The notes beneath the pieces were generated by a model. The model was given only the letters and a program-made list of their open reading frames with translations. It did not search any database and had not been told where the DNA came from. Positions 10,401 to 23,500 of a DNA stretch of 64,000 bases are shown here, piece by piece (within the stretch, counting starts at the first letter, position 1; each line of letters starts with the position of its first letter). The stretch comes from Podarcis bocagei (Eukaryota): assembly GCA_964188305.1 (NCBI GenBank), contig OZ076902.1; one strand, written 5' to 3'. A program made the position numbers and the translations under genes.

Positions 10401-13400
10401 GTGTATGTGTGTGTTTGTGTGTGTGTGTGTGTGTGTTTTTGAAGAAAGATACCACAATGCTGCTCAGAGGAACCAGCCCCACTCAGAGCTTTTAAGATTG
10501 CAAAATGGGCCAGGGAAGGAACTGAGGGGTCAAGAAGACTTGGAGCCCATAACCTCTGAAGCGAAGGCAGAGTTCAGTTCCTAGCGGGAGAGTTCAGGAG
10601 CAGAAAAATCTCAGCTTTCATTTTTAATTGTGGGGGAACGACATTGCAAGTGCCCAACCCTTATGTCTTCAGAGCTATTCTAGAAATCAATGTGGGCAAA
10701 TGCAGGGGGGAATCACAGGGACCAAAGAACAGCTTCAGTGCTCCCCCCTCCCAATTTATTTCCCCTCTTCCTGAAAGCCACAACAATTCCCTCCTCTCCT
10801 CTCCTTTCCTCTCTCTCTCGTCCTCCATCTAATCATCAGAATGCTTAAATTATTTGAAAACCTTGAAAGGGAGCTAAACTGATGAAATGGTGCAGAAGTC
10901 CCTTTTGTTCCTCACAGCCACAGAGCAGCTTGGCCATTTCAACATCCTCCGGTGATGAATTCTGCAGGTTGTCTGGGGAGGAAAATCTCTCTCTTGCTTG
11001 GGCCACTCCAGTGACCCTCTCAACAACAGGTCAAGGCTCTGTTGCTCAGTGGCATAAGGCAACTCCTTCTGCCCCAATTTAAATCAGCCCTATGTTCAGA
11101 ACCGGAAATGAGGACTGGAAACTTGTTTTGGTTTTACAGGAAGGGCCAGAGTTCAGTGGGAGGGCAGCTGCTTGCCTAGCTCAATGTCTGGCATTTCCAG
11201 GTAGGGCAGAGAGAATTCTGTCTGAAACCCTGATGAGCTACTGCTGATCAGTGACTCTGTATAAGGCAGCTTCTTATGCCCCTATTTAAAGGCTTCCAGG
11301 ATCCACATCTGGGATTTCCAGGTACGGCTGAGAAAGAACTGTATGAGGCCTTGGAAAGAGACTGTCAGCTGGCTTGGCAATGCTGAGATGGATGGATTTC
11401 AGTGTCAGCCAGCCTCCTCCCAGCCTGAGGTCCTTCAGATGAGCATGTGGTCTTCAGCATACAAGGCATGCGGTTCTCCTTAATTGCTCAGGGCTGTTTC
11501 GACGGACTAATTCCAGGTTTGAATGCTTGGAAATAATCTCTCTCTCTCTCTGGTTTCATAAGCCTCTCTTGCAGGCAGGCATAGCCCAAAGTTCTCCAGG
11601 CAGGCTCAAGGAAAAAGGCCCTGCAGAGGCGGAGGCGGCTGAGCTGCTGCAGAGGCCGGCGTGGAGCAGCAGCGCTGAGCTGTGGATGTGATGCAGGCAG
11701 GCAGGCTGCAGGCAGAGGGGGCTCTCGCAACAGAGAGCGAGACAGACCAACGCACACACATTGCACACAGCCCAGATGAGCCCCTGGTGGGATGGGCAGG
11801 CAACGCTGTGCCCCAGAGGCGGGAGAGAGGGCTATTGATGGCTACTAGCCAGGATGGCTCTGCTCTGCTGCCAAAGTTGGAGGCAGCGATGCTTCTGAAG
11901 ACGAGTTGCTGGAAGCCACAGGAGAGAGGACTTTTGTGTTCAAGCCCTGCCTCTGATTTGCCCCGTGAGAACAGGATGCTGGACTAGAAGGGCAACTGGC
12001 CTGATCCAGCAGGCTCTTCTGATGTTCTTATGTTATATGAGAGATATTATCAGGGGTTTTGGCCTCTGTGCCCAGCCTGGATCACAGATCTGGGCTTCTT
12101 CACCTGCTGTGTCTCCACCCTCTCCTTTTTTTTGGTGTTTGTGTGGAGTTTACAAAAGCGGCTTGGCAAGCAAATGAGAGGAAGCCCCACTGGGATGGCC
12201 ACGGGACTCCCCTCTGCAGGAAGGCCAGCACCACCAGCTCCCTCCCTCCAGAGTCATTCCAAGAGAGGGAGAAATGGGCAGCAGGTCCTTTCCATCAGTT
12301 CAGCCAATAAATCACCAACTTCTGGGTCCTTGGATGCTGCCTCTTCCAGAACACTGTAAATAAGAACTAGTGCCTGAGCTTCCTTTCTCCTCTCCTGCTC
12401 CTCTTCCATCCCCATTCCTTTTCCTTTTGTGTTGTGTCTTCTTAGTCTGAGGGCATGGACTGCCTTACAGTTGTGACTATCCTGGGAGCCTTTCCTTTTC
12501 TGGTTGAAGAGGACAGAACTGTTTCAAATAAACCAAAGAAAGCATCTCCTTGCCTTGTGGATGGCGTGAGGGGTGCCTCTGCAGGTGGCCTTTGGTAGGT
12601 CTCCCCACTTAAAGAAAGTTTACAGCTCATGATGGGTGTTTGGAAGGTCTGCTCCATTTGGGGTAGGAAGTGGGGTGGAAAACAATGCCCCCCTCCAATA
12701 TATTCTGAGGGGATGGGATGCCTGGGATCCTTGCAAGCTGAGAGGCATCCTGGTAAGGTCAAGGAAGGGGAGGCAGATGCCTGCCAGGGCAGAGGAATCG
12801 CCCCTTTGAGGGCAGCCCCTGTGGGTGAAATGAGAGTTGGCATGAATTGTGTCAATGCAATTGATGTGCACCTTTTTAAAAAAATGTAAATAACAGTTGC
12901 CAGCAAGGGGGGCAGTAAGAGACGGACGATAGTTTAACCTTTTGCTTCCTGCCATGGTCCTGATGGAAACTGACCCCCAGAAGCTTCTCTTTGCCTCTTC
13001 CATTGGGGTCACCAAACAGCACCTTCAGTGGTGTGGTTTTTGTCGGGACCATGGCTAGTTGCCCAATTAACACCACTTCTATAGTTTGGTCCTGCATAGT
13101 GTTGCAAGACGTTGGGATGTGTGTCAATTCTGATCAGGGATGCTTCTGTCGCTCTAGTTTCATTCAGTGGATAAGAGACATTCTTCACATGCTTAAAGGC
13201 AGTTTTCCCTAATGCCAAGTTAGGAAGGTTCCATAGAAGAAATATAGTTGGAGCAACAATTGCACAGGATCAAGCCATTCTGGAACCTGGTGGTGCCCAG
13301 CTTCCATCCTCCTTGGCCAGGGTGATGCCAGCTGGGCTGATGGGAGTTGTAGTCCAAAAGGTCTAGAGGGCATCAGGCCGCAGAAGGCCAATCTACTCTA

Positions 13401-15424
13401 ACTGGCAGACACTCTCTGGGGTTTCAGGGAGAGAATAACCTTTCCCATTGGTGCCAAGGATTGGAACTGTGAGAGGCAAAGCTTGTACTCCATTAGGCAA
13501 ATCCATGGAGGAAGATGCTAGCCACAATAGCTATGCTCTACCTCTATGGTTGGAGGCAGCAATGCTCCTGAATACCAGTTTAGAAGCCTCAGGAGGAGAG
13601 TGCTTGAATCCTGCTTGTGGGTTTCCCATTGCAGCATCTGGTTGGCCACTGCAAGTGCAGGATGCGGGACTAGATAGGCCACTGGCCTGATCCTGCAGGC
13701 TCTTCTTAGGTTCTCCACCACTGAGATCTCCTCTTCCTCTGAAAAGGCAAGTATGCTCCCAGCCCTCCTGCTTCTGTACTAAGGGATGATTCAAACACAG
13801 ACAAGCACTGAGAAGGGCCTTACACAGAAGCAAGCTCAGCATCACCTATGCTAACTGGCAGTGGCTCCCTGGTGTTCCAGAAGCCCAGACATGCCACTGG
13901 GGATCAAACTTGCGTCCTTCTGCATGCAGAGCAGGTCCTCTGCCCCAGGCGCGAGCCAGCAACAGATACCAAGGGAGAGATATTCAGGCTTGAGATGTGT
14001 TGAAATGCTTCTAGATGTTTCTGTCTTGGCTGTTTAAAGCAGCACATCCAGATAGCAGCCCCCCCCCCCAACATTTCAGCACTAAACTGGAAATATTGGA
14101 GACCAGAGCTGCAGAACTAAAAGAGGAGCTGAGCCTTGCGCACGCGCTGCATTCATTTCTCTGGGCTGCACAAACTGGCTCTTTTGAGGCGCTTGGATCT
14201 GCAGGGGGTCCAGCGCATTTGCTGTGTGGCTGGCACGGCCTGTGGAATGCAAGTCCGCACCGTGACGTGTCACCAACAGCCACAGCTCTCAACCATGGCG
14301 GTACTGCAAGAAGTGGAGGTAAAGGGGCTGGTTTGGTCTTCCCTGCCTCTCTCTCCTACCAGTTTCTCCATGACAGGCCAGCCATTGCCCACAAAGCAGG
14401 CCTCAGCATAAAGCCCCTGCACCTATCAGGCGACACGCTCTCTTTCTCTCTCCTTGCCGTCGCCACCTTCTTCCTCCCTTCCCGCCTTCTGCAAGCTGCC
14501 TCCTGTCTCATCCATGACAGGGCAGCCCCTGCTTAGCTGGTGGGAATGGCAGCTTCTGATTCGAGGCGTTTTTTCCTCCTCTCACTAATCCCAGAAGCCA
14601 CCAAGTGCTAAGATCTGAGGAGATCACAGCCAGAGCTGATATTGCTGCAGGCACAAAACAGATAGCAAGGAGAGAAGCGGAAGGGAGGGAGGCTGTGTCA
14701 GGCGTCTTCTGAAGAAAAGGACCTTCTCAGCCGCCGTGATCTTTGGGGCACGGAGGTGCGAGGAAGAGCACTTTGGCCTCCTGAGGAGGGAAACTGGGCA
14801 GTGGAACCTGCCTTTGAAGTGAGCCAGGCCCGGCACTGTCTGAGGCACCCCCAGCCCACAAGTGCCTCCACTTCACAAAGCAAGCTGGAACAGGCCCAGT
14901 GGTGTGTGTGTGTGTCCCTGCCTCCGAGTAATTCCTTGGGGGACTGGCTCTTGGCTGTGTCTCCCACTGCTTGGGGAATGCCTGAAGGTGCTGGTCAGGA
15001 ACCAGGGGGACGAGGAGGCTCATTTCCAAGCACAGAGCTGGGGGTGGGTATGCCCAACCCAGAGATTGAGAAGCACCTGGAAGAGATTGCCTCCAACCTC
15101 AGGTAGAACAGAAAGAGAGAGTGGAGGAGGAAGTGGGGTCTCACTCCAGGCCCCTCTGCTGATGCTGCTAGATGGGTAGCATTTCCCATTCTGCTCAGAT
15201 TTGAGAGTAACCCCCCTCCCATATATAATGACTATAGAGTGAAAAGGCTCATGCTTTGTGTTGCTGATGGGACCAGATGGCAGAGCGGATCCCCTGGTGG
15301 AATGCCAAGAGCTTCTCCCTTGGAATCTGGGGAAAGTCCCCTGGCACAGGGGTGAGTGGGTCCAGGTGGGCCTGTCAGTTAGTAGGTCATCTCCCCATAT
15401 CCCTACGTGGCGTGTCCTCTTCCC

Positions 15425-15622
15425 TATAAACATCAGAAGCGCATTAAGAGCTGTTTGACAGTGGAACAGACTCCCGTGGAAGGTGGCGGACTCTCCTGCA
15501 CTGGAGGTTTTTAAGCAGAGGTTGGATGGCCATCTGTCACAGATGCTTTAGTTGAGATTCTTGCATTGCAGGGGGTTGGATAAGATGACCATTGGGATCC
15601 CTTCTAGCTCTGCAGTTCTATG
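15425..15622 (+). mobile_element. CR1 LINE 3' end fragment
   Basis: AGAGCTGTTTGACAGTGGAAC...GGAGGTTTTTAAGCAGAGGTTGGATGGCCATCTGTC...GGGGGTTGGA...GTTCTATG, collinear with the 3' end of the CR1 at 52771-52990. Confidence 0.85.
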
Positions 15623-18600
15623 GTCCTAGGACTGCTGGATCCTTCCTCCTCCATGAAGACAAGGAGAAATTCAGTGACCAGGCATAGAGGATATAGAGGA
15701 TGCCTCCCCTTGCATGCCTCCCCTGCCAAGAACAGCCCTGCTGGATCAGGCCCAAGGGGGACAAATAGTCTAGCATCCTGATCTCATTAGGGGAAGCCCA
15801 CAAGCAGGACCTGAGCACAAACGCAGCAACTTTCCTCTCCTGCAGTTTCCAGCAACTGGTATTCAGAGGTACTTAATGCTTCTGAGTGTGAAGGTAGAAG
15901 AGTCATCCTGGCCAGTAGCCCCCAAACTATCTGCAGCCTATAATAATATCAACAACTATAATAATATCATAGCCAACAATAATATTCTGGGTGGCTATGG
16001 AGCCTCCCCCAACCTGTGGGTCAGTGATGCTTTACAGAAAACGGGGTTATGTCCCTCCTAGTTGGTCTCATTGAATGGCTGTTCTCAGCCCTACCTAGAG
16101 ATGCTGGGGATTTTGTTGGGGCCTTCTGCATGCCAAGCAGCTGCTCTGCCACTGAGTCACGGCTCCTCCCTGATTCACACCCATGGTATTGTAATATTTA
16201 CCAGACGTGGGCTGTGTGAAGGCAAACTGAAGACGCCCTGGGCTCATGGAGAAAGATGATCCCTTGGGGGGGGGGAAAGCACTTTCTCTTGTAAAGCCAT
16301 GACCCCCATGGTTGGGCTTTCCACTGTGCTGCCTTAGCTCCAGACTATCCTGCTCCCTCTCACCACCACCACTGCCTAATTCAAACCCAGACATATTGTT
16401 TGGGAATGGGGAGAAGTTTGTCCTTTTGCCAGGAAACAAACTAGTCTAGAAGCCTCACACCCTCTGCCTTGGACCTCTGGGCATCTGGTCTGCCTCTGCC
16501 CTGTTCCCAGGTGTCTGGAGCTCCTTCCCAATCTTATCCTCACTACAACCAAGGCAGGCCCGGCTGAGAAAGGGTGACCAATCCAAGGCCACCCAGAAAG
16601 CTTCATAGCCGAGTGGGGATTTAAACTTGGGGCCCTCCCAGCCTAACCTTGGCAGGCTCATCTGTCTGGGTGCAGGTGTGGAAGATGTGTGGCAGGACGT
16701 TTGTGTTTCTGTGCTGGCCTTTGCAAGGCCAGGGGGCGGGGGGAGGTTGAGGCCCATGTCAAAACCACTTCACTTGAAGAGAGAGAGAGAGCCTGTCATG
16801 GGGAGAGGCCGGCATTTGTCCAGGGTGATCTGAGCTGACAGCTGGGGCCAGCAGGACCCTCAACGCTGAGGGAACAGGGAGCAAGATCAGCCCAAGTGAA
16901 TCACAGACGTCCACCGAGATCAAGACAGCAGCTGAAGGACATGGAGAGCAGAGGCCACAACTACATCTTCAAGTCGCTAAGACTATGTGGACAAGCATAT
17001 TAAGAACTGCAACATGACTTCCACATGGTGGTAGGAAGGTGGCTCAAGGGTTGGATCTGAAAGGGAAGAGGATATCGCATGGGGGCTTGTCCCCTGGTCT
17101 GCTGCCAGACTGCTAATGGCCACATCAGGGAAGGGCTGCAGTGAGGGCTGCCAAGTTCAGCCTTGCTGGCATCTCCAAAAGGGGCTGGGAAAGTCTCTTG
17201 CTGGAGGCTCAAAAGCCACAGAAAAAACTGGTCCAGATTAACAGGTGGTGGGATTCAGAGGAAGTCAGCTTCCAGCAACACCTTTCTGCAGACCTTTTTT
17301 GGGGGGGTGGGGGGTGGAGGGGTGGGGACATGCTGATCAAAGCTGTGGGTTCTCAGGCTGGTCAATGGGTCCACACCACAGCAGCCGCCAGGTGGCTTTC
17401 TCTTCCCCTTCAGTTAACACCTGATCTTGTGAAGGCTCCCCATTGACCTTGACCTGCTTCTTCTCCTCTGCCACCAAGCATGTTCACCTCTCAAACCCCA
17501 AACCGGACCCCATCTGGGAGCAGCAGCTCTAAGAGGGGACCCTGAACCGAAGGGGCCTCTGTCCTCCCTCATTCTCTCTCCCTGCCTCCCCATTGTGGGC
17601 AATGAGCTTGGGGCAATATCACACAAATAGACAGCCCTTTTGTAACAAGCTCTAGGAGTCTGTTTTCTGGGGCATTGCAGAAAGATTGCTCAAACTTCAG
17701 AAGCTTTTAGGGTTTGTGTTTGATGTTGTTCTTATCACTGCTGAGGATTGCTCTGTTCCTCCCATCCTACCCTGCAGGAGTGGGGAGATTATCTCTTTCC
17801 CTTTTACACTGAGAGGTGTGATTTAGCTGCAACCAGAAAAAATATGCAAACTTGGCTGACTTACAGAACTCCCTGTTATTTTGCATATATGACTGGGGTT
17901 ATATTTATGTATTTATTTATGTCACAAAATTTATACACCACTTGATGGTCAAAAAAATCTCAAAGCGGTTTACAAAAAGTCTTCCTCCTTGGTATATTTT
18001 GTTCTGGTTTCTCAGTAGTCATGGGGAGCTGCATAAGACAGCCCCCTCTCACACACTTCCAAGCATATCTTCACAGCTGCAAGGCTAGGAACTTGCTTTG
18101 CAAAACAGCAGCTGACAGCAAAGATTCTCCCAAACTAAGGAAGGCACCAAGAACCATCCTGCTTTGATTCACCAGAATCGTGGCATACCCACGACCCTGC
18201 TGCTCCGTTCCATCAAGCTCTACGAGCAAGAAAACACCTCTCCCAATGGCTTGATGCTGTAGACAAAGCAGATGCCACAAGGTGAGCTTAAAGGTGCAGA
18301 TACCCAGGAGCCACAGCCCCAGTGGGGGGATGCTGGAAGAAAGGCCCATGCAGCCACCCCCAAGCTGGGGCCCTCCAGGTATTTGGGGCTACAGCTTTCC
18401 ACCAGCCAACTCCAACCAACTCTGTAGGGCTTGGGGTGGCTGACGTTTTGATACAAAACTTCCAGAAGGCTCCAGGTTGTGGAAGGATGGGCCAGTTCAA
18501 ATTGCACTAAGTTCTATGGATGTTATATTAACATTGTGATGTAAAACCACTTTGGGAGTCTGCAAACCTGAACACAGTTTTGGAATGCTTACAATAAATA

Positions 18601-18867
18601 CATATATACAAATACGTTCCTGGCCACATTTTTTTTTGGGGGGGGGAGTGGGTGGTGGTCCAAACAGGGCACGTGCAAAGTGCTGGATATGCCTGTCACC
18701 TAACTGCTGCTCTGCCCTGCACCCCAATCACATCTGGCCATGGTTTGCAGCAGCAGCAGCAGCAGCAGCTGGGGCATCATTTGGATGGTATGTGTGTCAA
18801 AGGTGGCTTTGTCTATCTGTCCACACATGGTGGCAGCGGCAGGGACACACACAGGTGCAGTGATGTC

Positions 18868-18869
<2 letters not shown>

Positions 18870-18903
<34 letters not shown>
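18870..18903. repeat. (TG)n microsatellite
   Basis: Seen directly. Confidence 0.95.
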
Positions 18904-18904
<1 letters not shown>

Positions 18905-20204
18905 TGCTTCCATTGTGGATTAGTCCAGACAAGACAAGGCATGGAAGCTTCCAACTGAGCACCAAGAACAATCTCTGACCCAAATCTGATGTGCAAAGTA
19001 AAGGTGCCTTACCCCAAACCCGCCCATCTGTCCATCTGGTTTGGCACAGTTTCCCACGCCATGAGCTCTCTAGGGCTTCAGGAAGGAATCTTTCCCCAGC
19101 CCTACCTGGGGATGCTGAAGACTCAACCTGGAAACCTTTGTGTGCAAAAGATGAGCTACAGACCCTGCTTCCTGTAGCAGGCAGGTCCTTACCATGGTTA
19201 GCTTTTGGAAGTTTTGGCACAGCAGTCCAATGGAGGCATGCCAGGGGACAAGCCTGATTGCCACTGGTGGGTGGGTGTAAAGCCCATATTTTTAGCACCT
19301 GGGCAGGTCTTGGCGACCATGACTGGATTTTTACACTGCTCCCGAATGAACGGGTTGCAAGGGTAGAGTTCAGTGGTCCATTTTGAATCTTGCCTGACGT
19401 GAAACTATGTAGTAGCCTTAGGCAAACTGCTCCCTCTCTGCTCCCTCTCAACCCCGGTCTTTCCCCCCATAACAATGTTCTGCTTTCTTGTAAAGGTCAT
19501 ATATGTGAAGCTCCATTCCTTGGCCCTTCTGTCTGCAACTGGAGAATAAGACTGCCCTTTTTTCCAAGGAAGGTAAATACAAGGTGTGTAAGGTGCAGCT
19601 ACCCTATGAGCAAACTCAGTTGGTGCTGAGTGCCAACAGGAAGGGGAGCTAAAGCAAGGCCACTGAGGAAGCAGGAAGCAGGCACTGTTATGCCTTGAGG
19701 ACTCTTGCCCCCCCCCACAGATTTGCACAAGTACAGAAGCTATTTTTTTTTAAAAAAAAACACACTCATGGGGCAAACCCCCTCCTCCCAACAAGCTGAA
19801 TGAGGACTGAGAACTCCGACTTTAATTGGCAGGTACTTGGGGGAGGGGCTCCACAAGCGCAAAGTTCTCTCCCTGGGGAAAGTCTTCCAAGCACTCTCCA
19901 TTTTTAGGTGGCAGTTGAAAAGGCCTTTTATGACTGATAGTTTCTCTTATTTCCTTATTTCGGGGGGTGTTTTTAAATGCTGCTGTGTATTCTCAGTGCT
20001 TTGCTTGACTTTTAATTTTGTATTCTGCCGTTTTTAAGCGGCTATGGAAAATCACCTTGGAAATCAGGGTATAAAGACACAAACACTGGTATTTTGAGGA
20101 TGTCGAGTGCCTCACTTGCGCAATGCTGTCGCGGAAGCACAGAAGCACAGAAGCACCCAGCTCTGAGGAGGCTCCCGTGTGCAGAGCAGAGAATGGAGAA
20201 GGCA

Positions 20205-20236
<32 letters not shown>

Positions 20237-20240
20237 AGAG

Positions 20241-20288
<48 letters not shown>

Positions 20289-20289
20289 A
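20205..20289. repeat. (TG)n(AG)n compound microsatellite
   Basis: Seen directly. Confidence 0.95.
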
Positions 20290-20488
20290 TTGGATGATGT
20301 CTTGCTACTGTGTTGTGTTGGTTTTGGCAAGTCAGTTGCTCAAGGACCCCTGGATCGATCCCCCTGTCCTGAGGGCACTACTTGTGCATGCTGCACGGAG
20401 GTGAGCCCCTGCACGAGAACCTGTGCGCTCCCCTCCCCCTCCTGGCTGTGGGTGTGCCCCGGGGCTGAGAGGATGGAAAAGGACCCAC

Positions 20489-20567
20489 CAGTACTAGGCT
20501 CGCACTCCTCCAGGTCTTCGTCGTCGCTGGGGCACTCGGCCGAAGCCACCAAGAGGTCGTCTGTGTT
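20489..20567 (-). CDS. NRXN2: NRXN2 exon: heparan-sulfate attachment Ser and cysteine loop
   Basis: 79 nt, ctctctgcag|AAC...ACTG|gtgggt; [26 protein letters not shown](G). The Ser of LVASAEC (20543-20541) corresponds to the conserved neurexin HS site. Confidence 0.97.
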
Positions 20568-23500
20568 CTGCAGAGAGAGGAAGACGAGAGGCAGGGGGTC
20601 AGCGGAGGAAAGGCCTTCCCGGCGCAGCCACTCCCAGTGGAGCAACCCCCTTACCCTCATTGCCACCTCTGGTTCCTGCTTCAGAAATATCTGGGTAAAC
20701 TTGCCAATTGCACCTGCTGCCACTTACAGGTTTGGAAATGCCTCCATGTGGTTTTAAGGCAGGCCCCTGGACTCCAGGGACTGAGCTCCTGTTTTGCAGA
20801 CAGGTTTAACACCGCAGCCTGTGAGTGCAAGATGAACTGACACAGCGGAAGGCAGCTTCTGTATGTGGTTTTCTGGGATGAGAGAAGGGGATGTTTGTGG
20901 GGTCAACGCCAGACTGGAGTGGCAGAGGGTGTCTAACGGAAAATCCCAGTTGTGCCACTGGCTACACTCACCCCAGCTTCCCTACCTCCAAGGGCAATGT
21001 GGTGGGCCACACAGGAGAGCTCCTTTGAGGAAGGGGAGGACATAAATTTCAGAAGAGGAGGGGCCTCCTTGCTCTCCCCCCACCCTCCGCCATCAATATT
21101 CCGGAGCCAGCGCCACCATCCGTATCAACCTCCTTGTGTCAGAATTAGCATAACAAAGGCTTTGGACAGGAACCTGGGGCACAGAATCAATCAGCAGGAC
21201 CCTGTTCTTACAGGGGAATATAAATGAGGCGCTTTTGGAGACAAACGATGGCAGGAAAGACGCCCCTGCCCCTTCGCCTCCTCCTGCCGTAGCTCTTGGG
21301 AGGCGCATCCTGCTGCTGCCTGGTGCCAAGAGACGTGGGAAAGCAGCAGAAATCTGTTCCCGCTTCTGCACTCCTTCACTGCCACGCGGGGTCTTGCCTT
21401 ACAGGCAGCTGGAGGAGGGCTTGGTCTTGCAGGAGGCTCCCTTTGCTACAACCCCCCACCACAACTTGATTCTGCTGCATCCAGGTTTTAATTTCAGTTG
21501 TGGCTCACCTGAACCAAGCCCGTTCTCCACCCTGGATCACACAGAATAACAGGAATAAAGACGTGGCTATAAGCATGTGCAGAGTGCTTTCCTTTCACTA
21601 CCGTGTCACCAACCCTCACATACCAGGGTTTCCAACCAGAGGATGCTGATGGTATCCAAGCAGCCCTGAGTATCTTGCCCTGGGCTTTTTTCAGAAGGTA
21701 AAAGTCTTGGAAGGGTATGCCAGAATCCCAGGGGTGTGGAGCCCAACTGTGGTCAGTGGGGGTGAAAAATGCACTCTGCACATCCTCCATTTCCCCAGGG
21801 GGAGCTCTTTTTATGATTTCTCTTTTCAAAGTCCTTAGGATCTGGCGCTATCCTTGAGCTCCACGCTCAGGCTTAACCCCCCCCTCAACTCCACATGAGG
21901 TCCCATCTCCAAGCTGAATTCCTCGCTGCCTGAAACGGAGCATTCATTGGGGGTATGGGAGGCCAGGACTGCCCCCTTGGCATGCGACGTTCCCTCTCTT
22001 GCGAATGTGTCTGGAAATTGGTGCCTTAAAAAAAAAAAAAAGAGGACAAATCCTGCCGTTGGGAACCCAGATTCTGTTCCCGGAATAAGTGAAATGCGGC
22101 AGGCCATGGGGGGGGGGGATAAACCCCTTTATGAGGCAAACTTGTGATGAAGATGCTTACTGGAAGCCAGGCAGTTGCACAGCACAGGGAAAGGGGAGAG
22201 ACAAATGACCAGGCCCAGCAGGGTCCTTGGCCTGCTCCCTCCCTCCACCCACTCATCCGGATGGCTGTTGTGCCAAGTGGCCAACGGGGATGACAAAGGG
22301 TGGCTGGAGTATCATGGAGGGCCCTTGGGAAGCGAAGAAGTGCTCTCACTGGAGAGGCCCTTGAGGTGGATGGCTAGGGGAGAGAGAGAGAGAGATAGAG
22401 AGAGCAGATCACCAGAGCATTTTGCTGCCCTGTTCTTCCCAGGAGATGCTCTGGAAAAAGAGCAGAGAGGAAGCTGGTTTTGGAGAAGTGAGCCTTTTTT
22501 GGGGGTGGGGTGGGGGGATGTTAGACCTCTGGGGGGCCCCTCCCAGACAACACAGTCTCCTCATGCTACCCAGTCATTGCTATGAGTGGACCTTGTTTCT
22601 ATGCTCTTTAGAGATAGTGTGCTTTTTCTGTGAACACCCTGCCATGTTCCATCTACTCAGGTGAGCGCAACATCGCTGCATCAGAGCAGAGGGGACGATT
22701 CGCCTGAACAGCCATTTGTAAACAATTTGAAATTGGTCCTTAAAAATAAAAAAATCAATTACACTAAAGAGCTTATTTATTTAAGTGATTACTTTCAGGA
22801 TTGTGATAGCACCTATTCATTTAAATTTTGCAGTGCAAATGTTTTAATTGAAAAAAATCCATCCGAAAAGTGTTTTAGTACTCATCAAAAGCGGGATTAA
22901 AAATAAAACAAAATGATAAAATGCTGCTGACCAGGAAGGTAATAGTCAAGGTGTGCTGAGTGGAGGAAGGTTCAAAAGCAATGCTTTTTGGAAAAGGTAG
23001 AAAAGGAGTGCAAAGGAGATCTAAATTTACAAAAATAGAAACCGCTTCTCCATTCCCCAACACCATTGCCAAAAAAGATCTGCCTTCTTTGTGGTCTGAA
23101 AAAAGAAGGAAGTAGATGGAAAAAGACAGGAGGATTCTGTGACGGGGTCATGTAGCCCCTCTGGGGTCCCTGAGACATTCTCCCCCTGGATATAAATTTC
23201 TCCAAAATTTTCAGGAGGGGATTGCCACTCCCTGTCCTCTGGTAGTGTGGCTGGCTAGTGGGAAGCTTTGGAAAGAGCCTCTTGAGGCTTCTTGCTGGCC
23301 ATGCTCTAGGATGTCATTCGGGGACATTGCCCTCAAGGCATTCTGGGAAGTGCGGCTGGCCGAAAACAAAGGAATGAGCCTTGCACAGCTGTGAGTGGTA
23401 CAGGACTCCCCCTTTTTAGTCTAATAACCAACCCCCACCTACAAAAGCACAGGCTACCTTATAAGGGTCAGCAGGGTGAGCTGCAAACTCCTTCGATGAA

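Noticed and set aside
17384-17400. CTCF site (CCGCCAGGTGGC)
   Set aside because: Core-only match, not distinguishable from chance without ChIP data.
20972-21022. 51-nt in-frame phase-0 pseudo-exon (ELSCVAHHIALGGREAG)
   Set aside because: AAG acceptor, a competing internal donor and no other support; such matches arise by chance in long introns.
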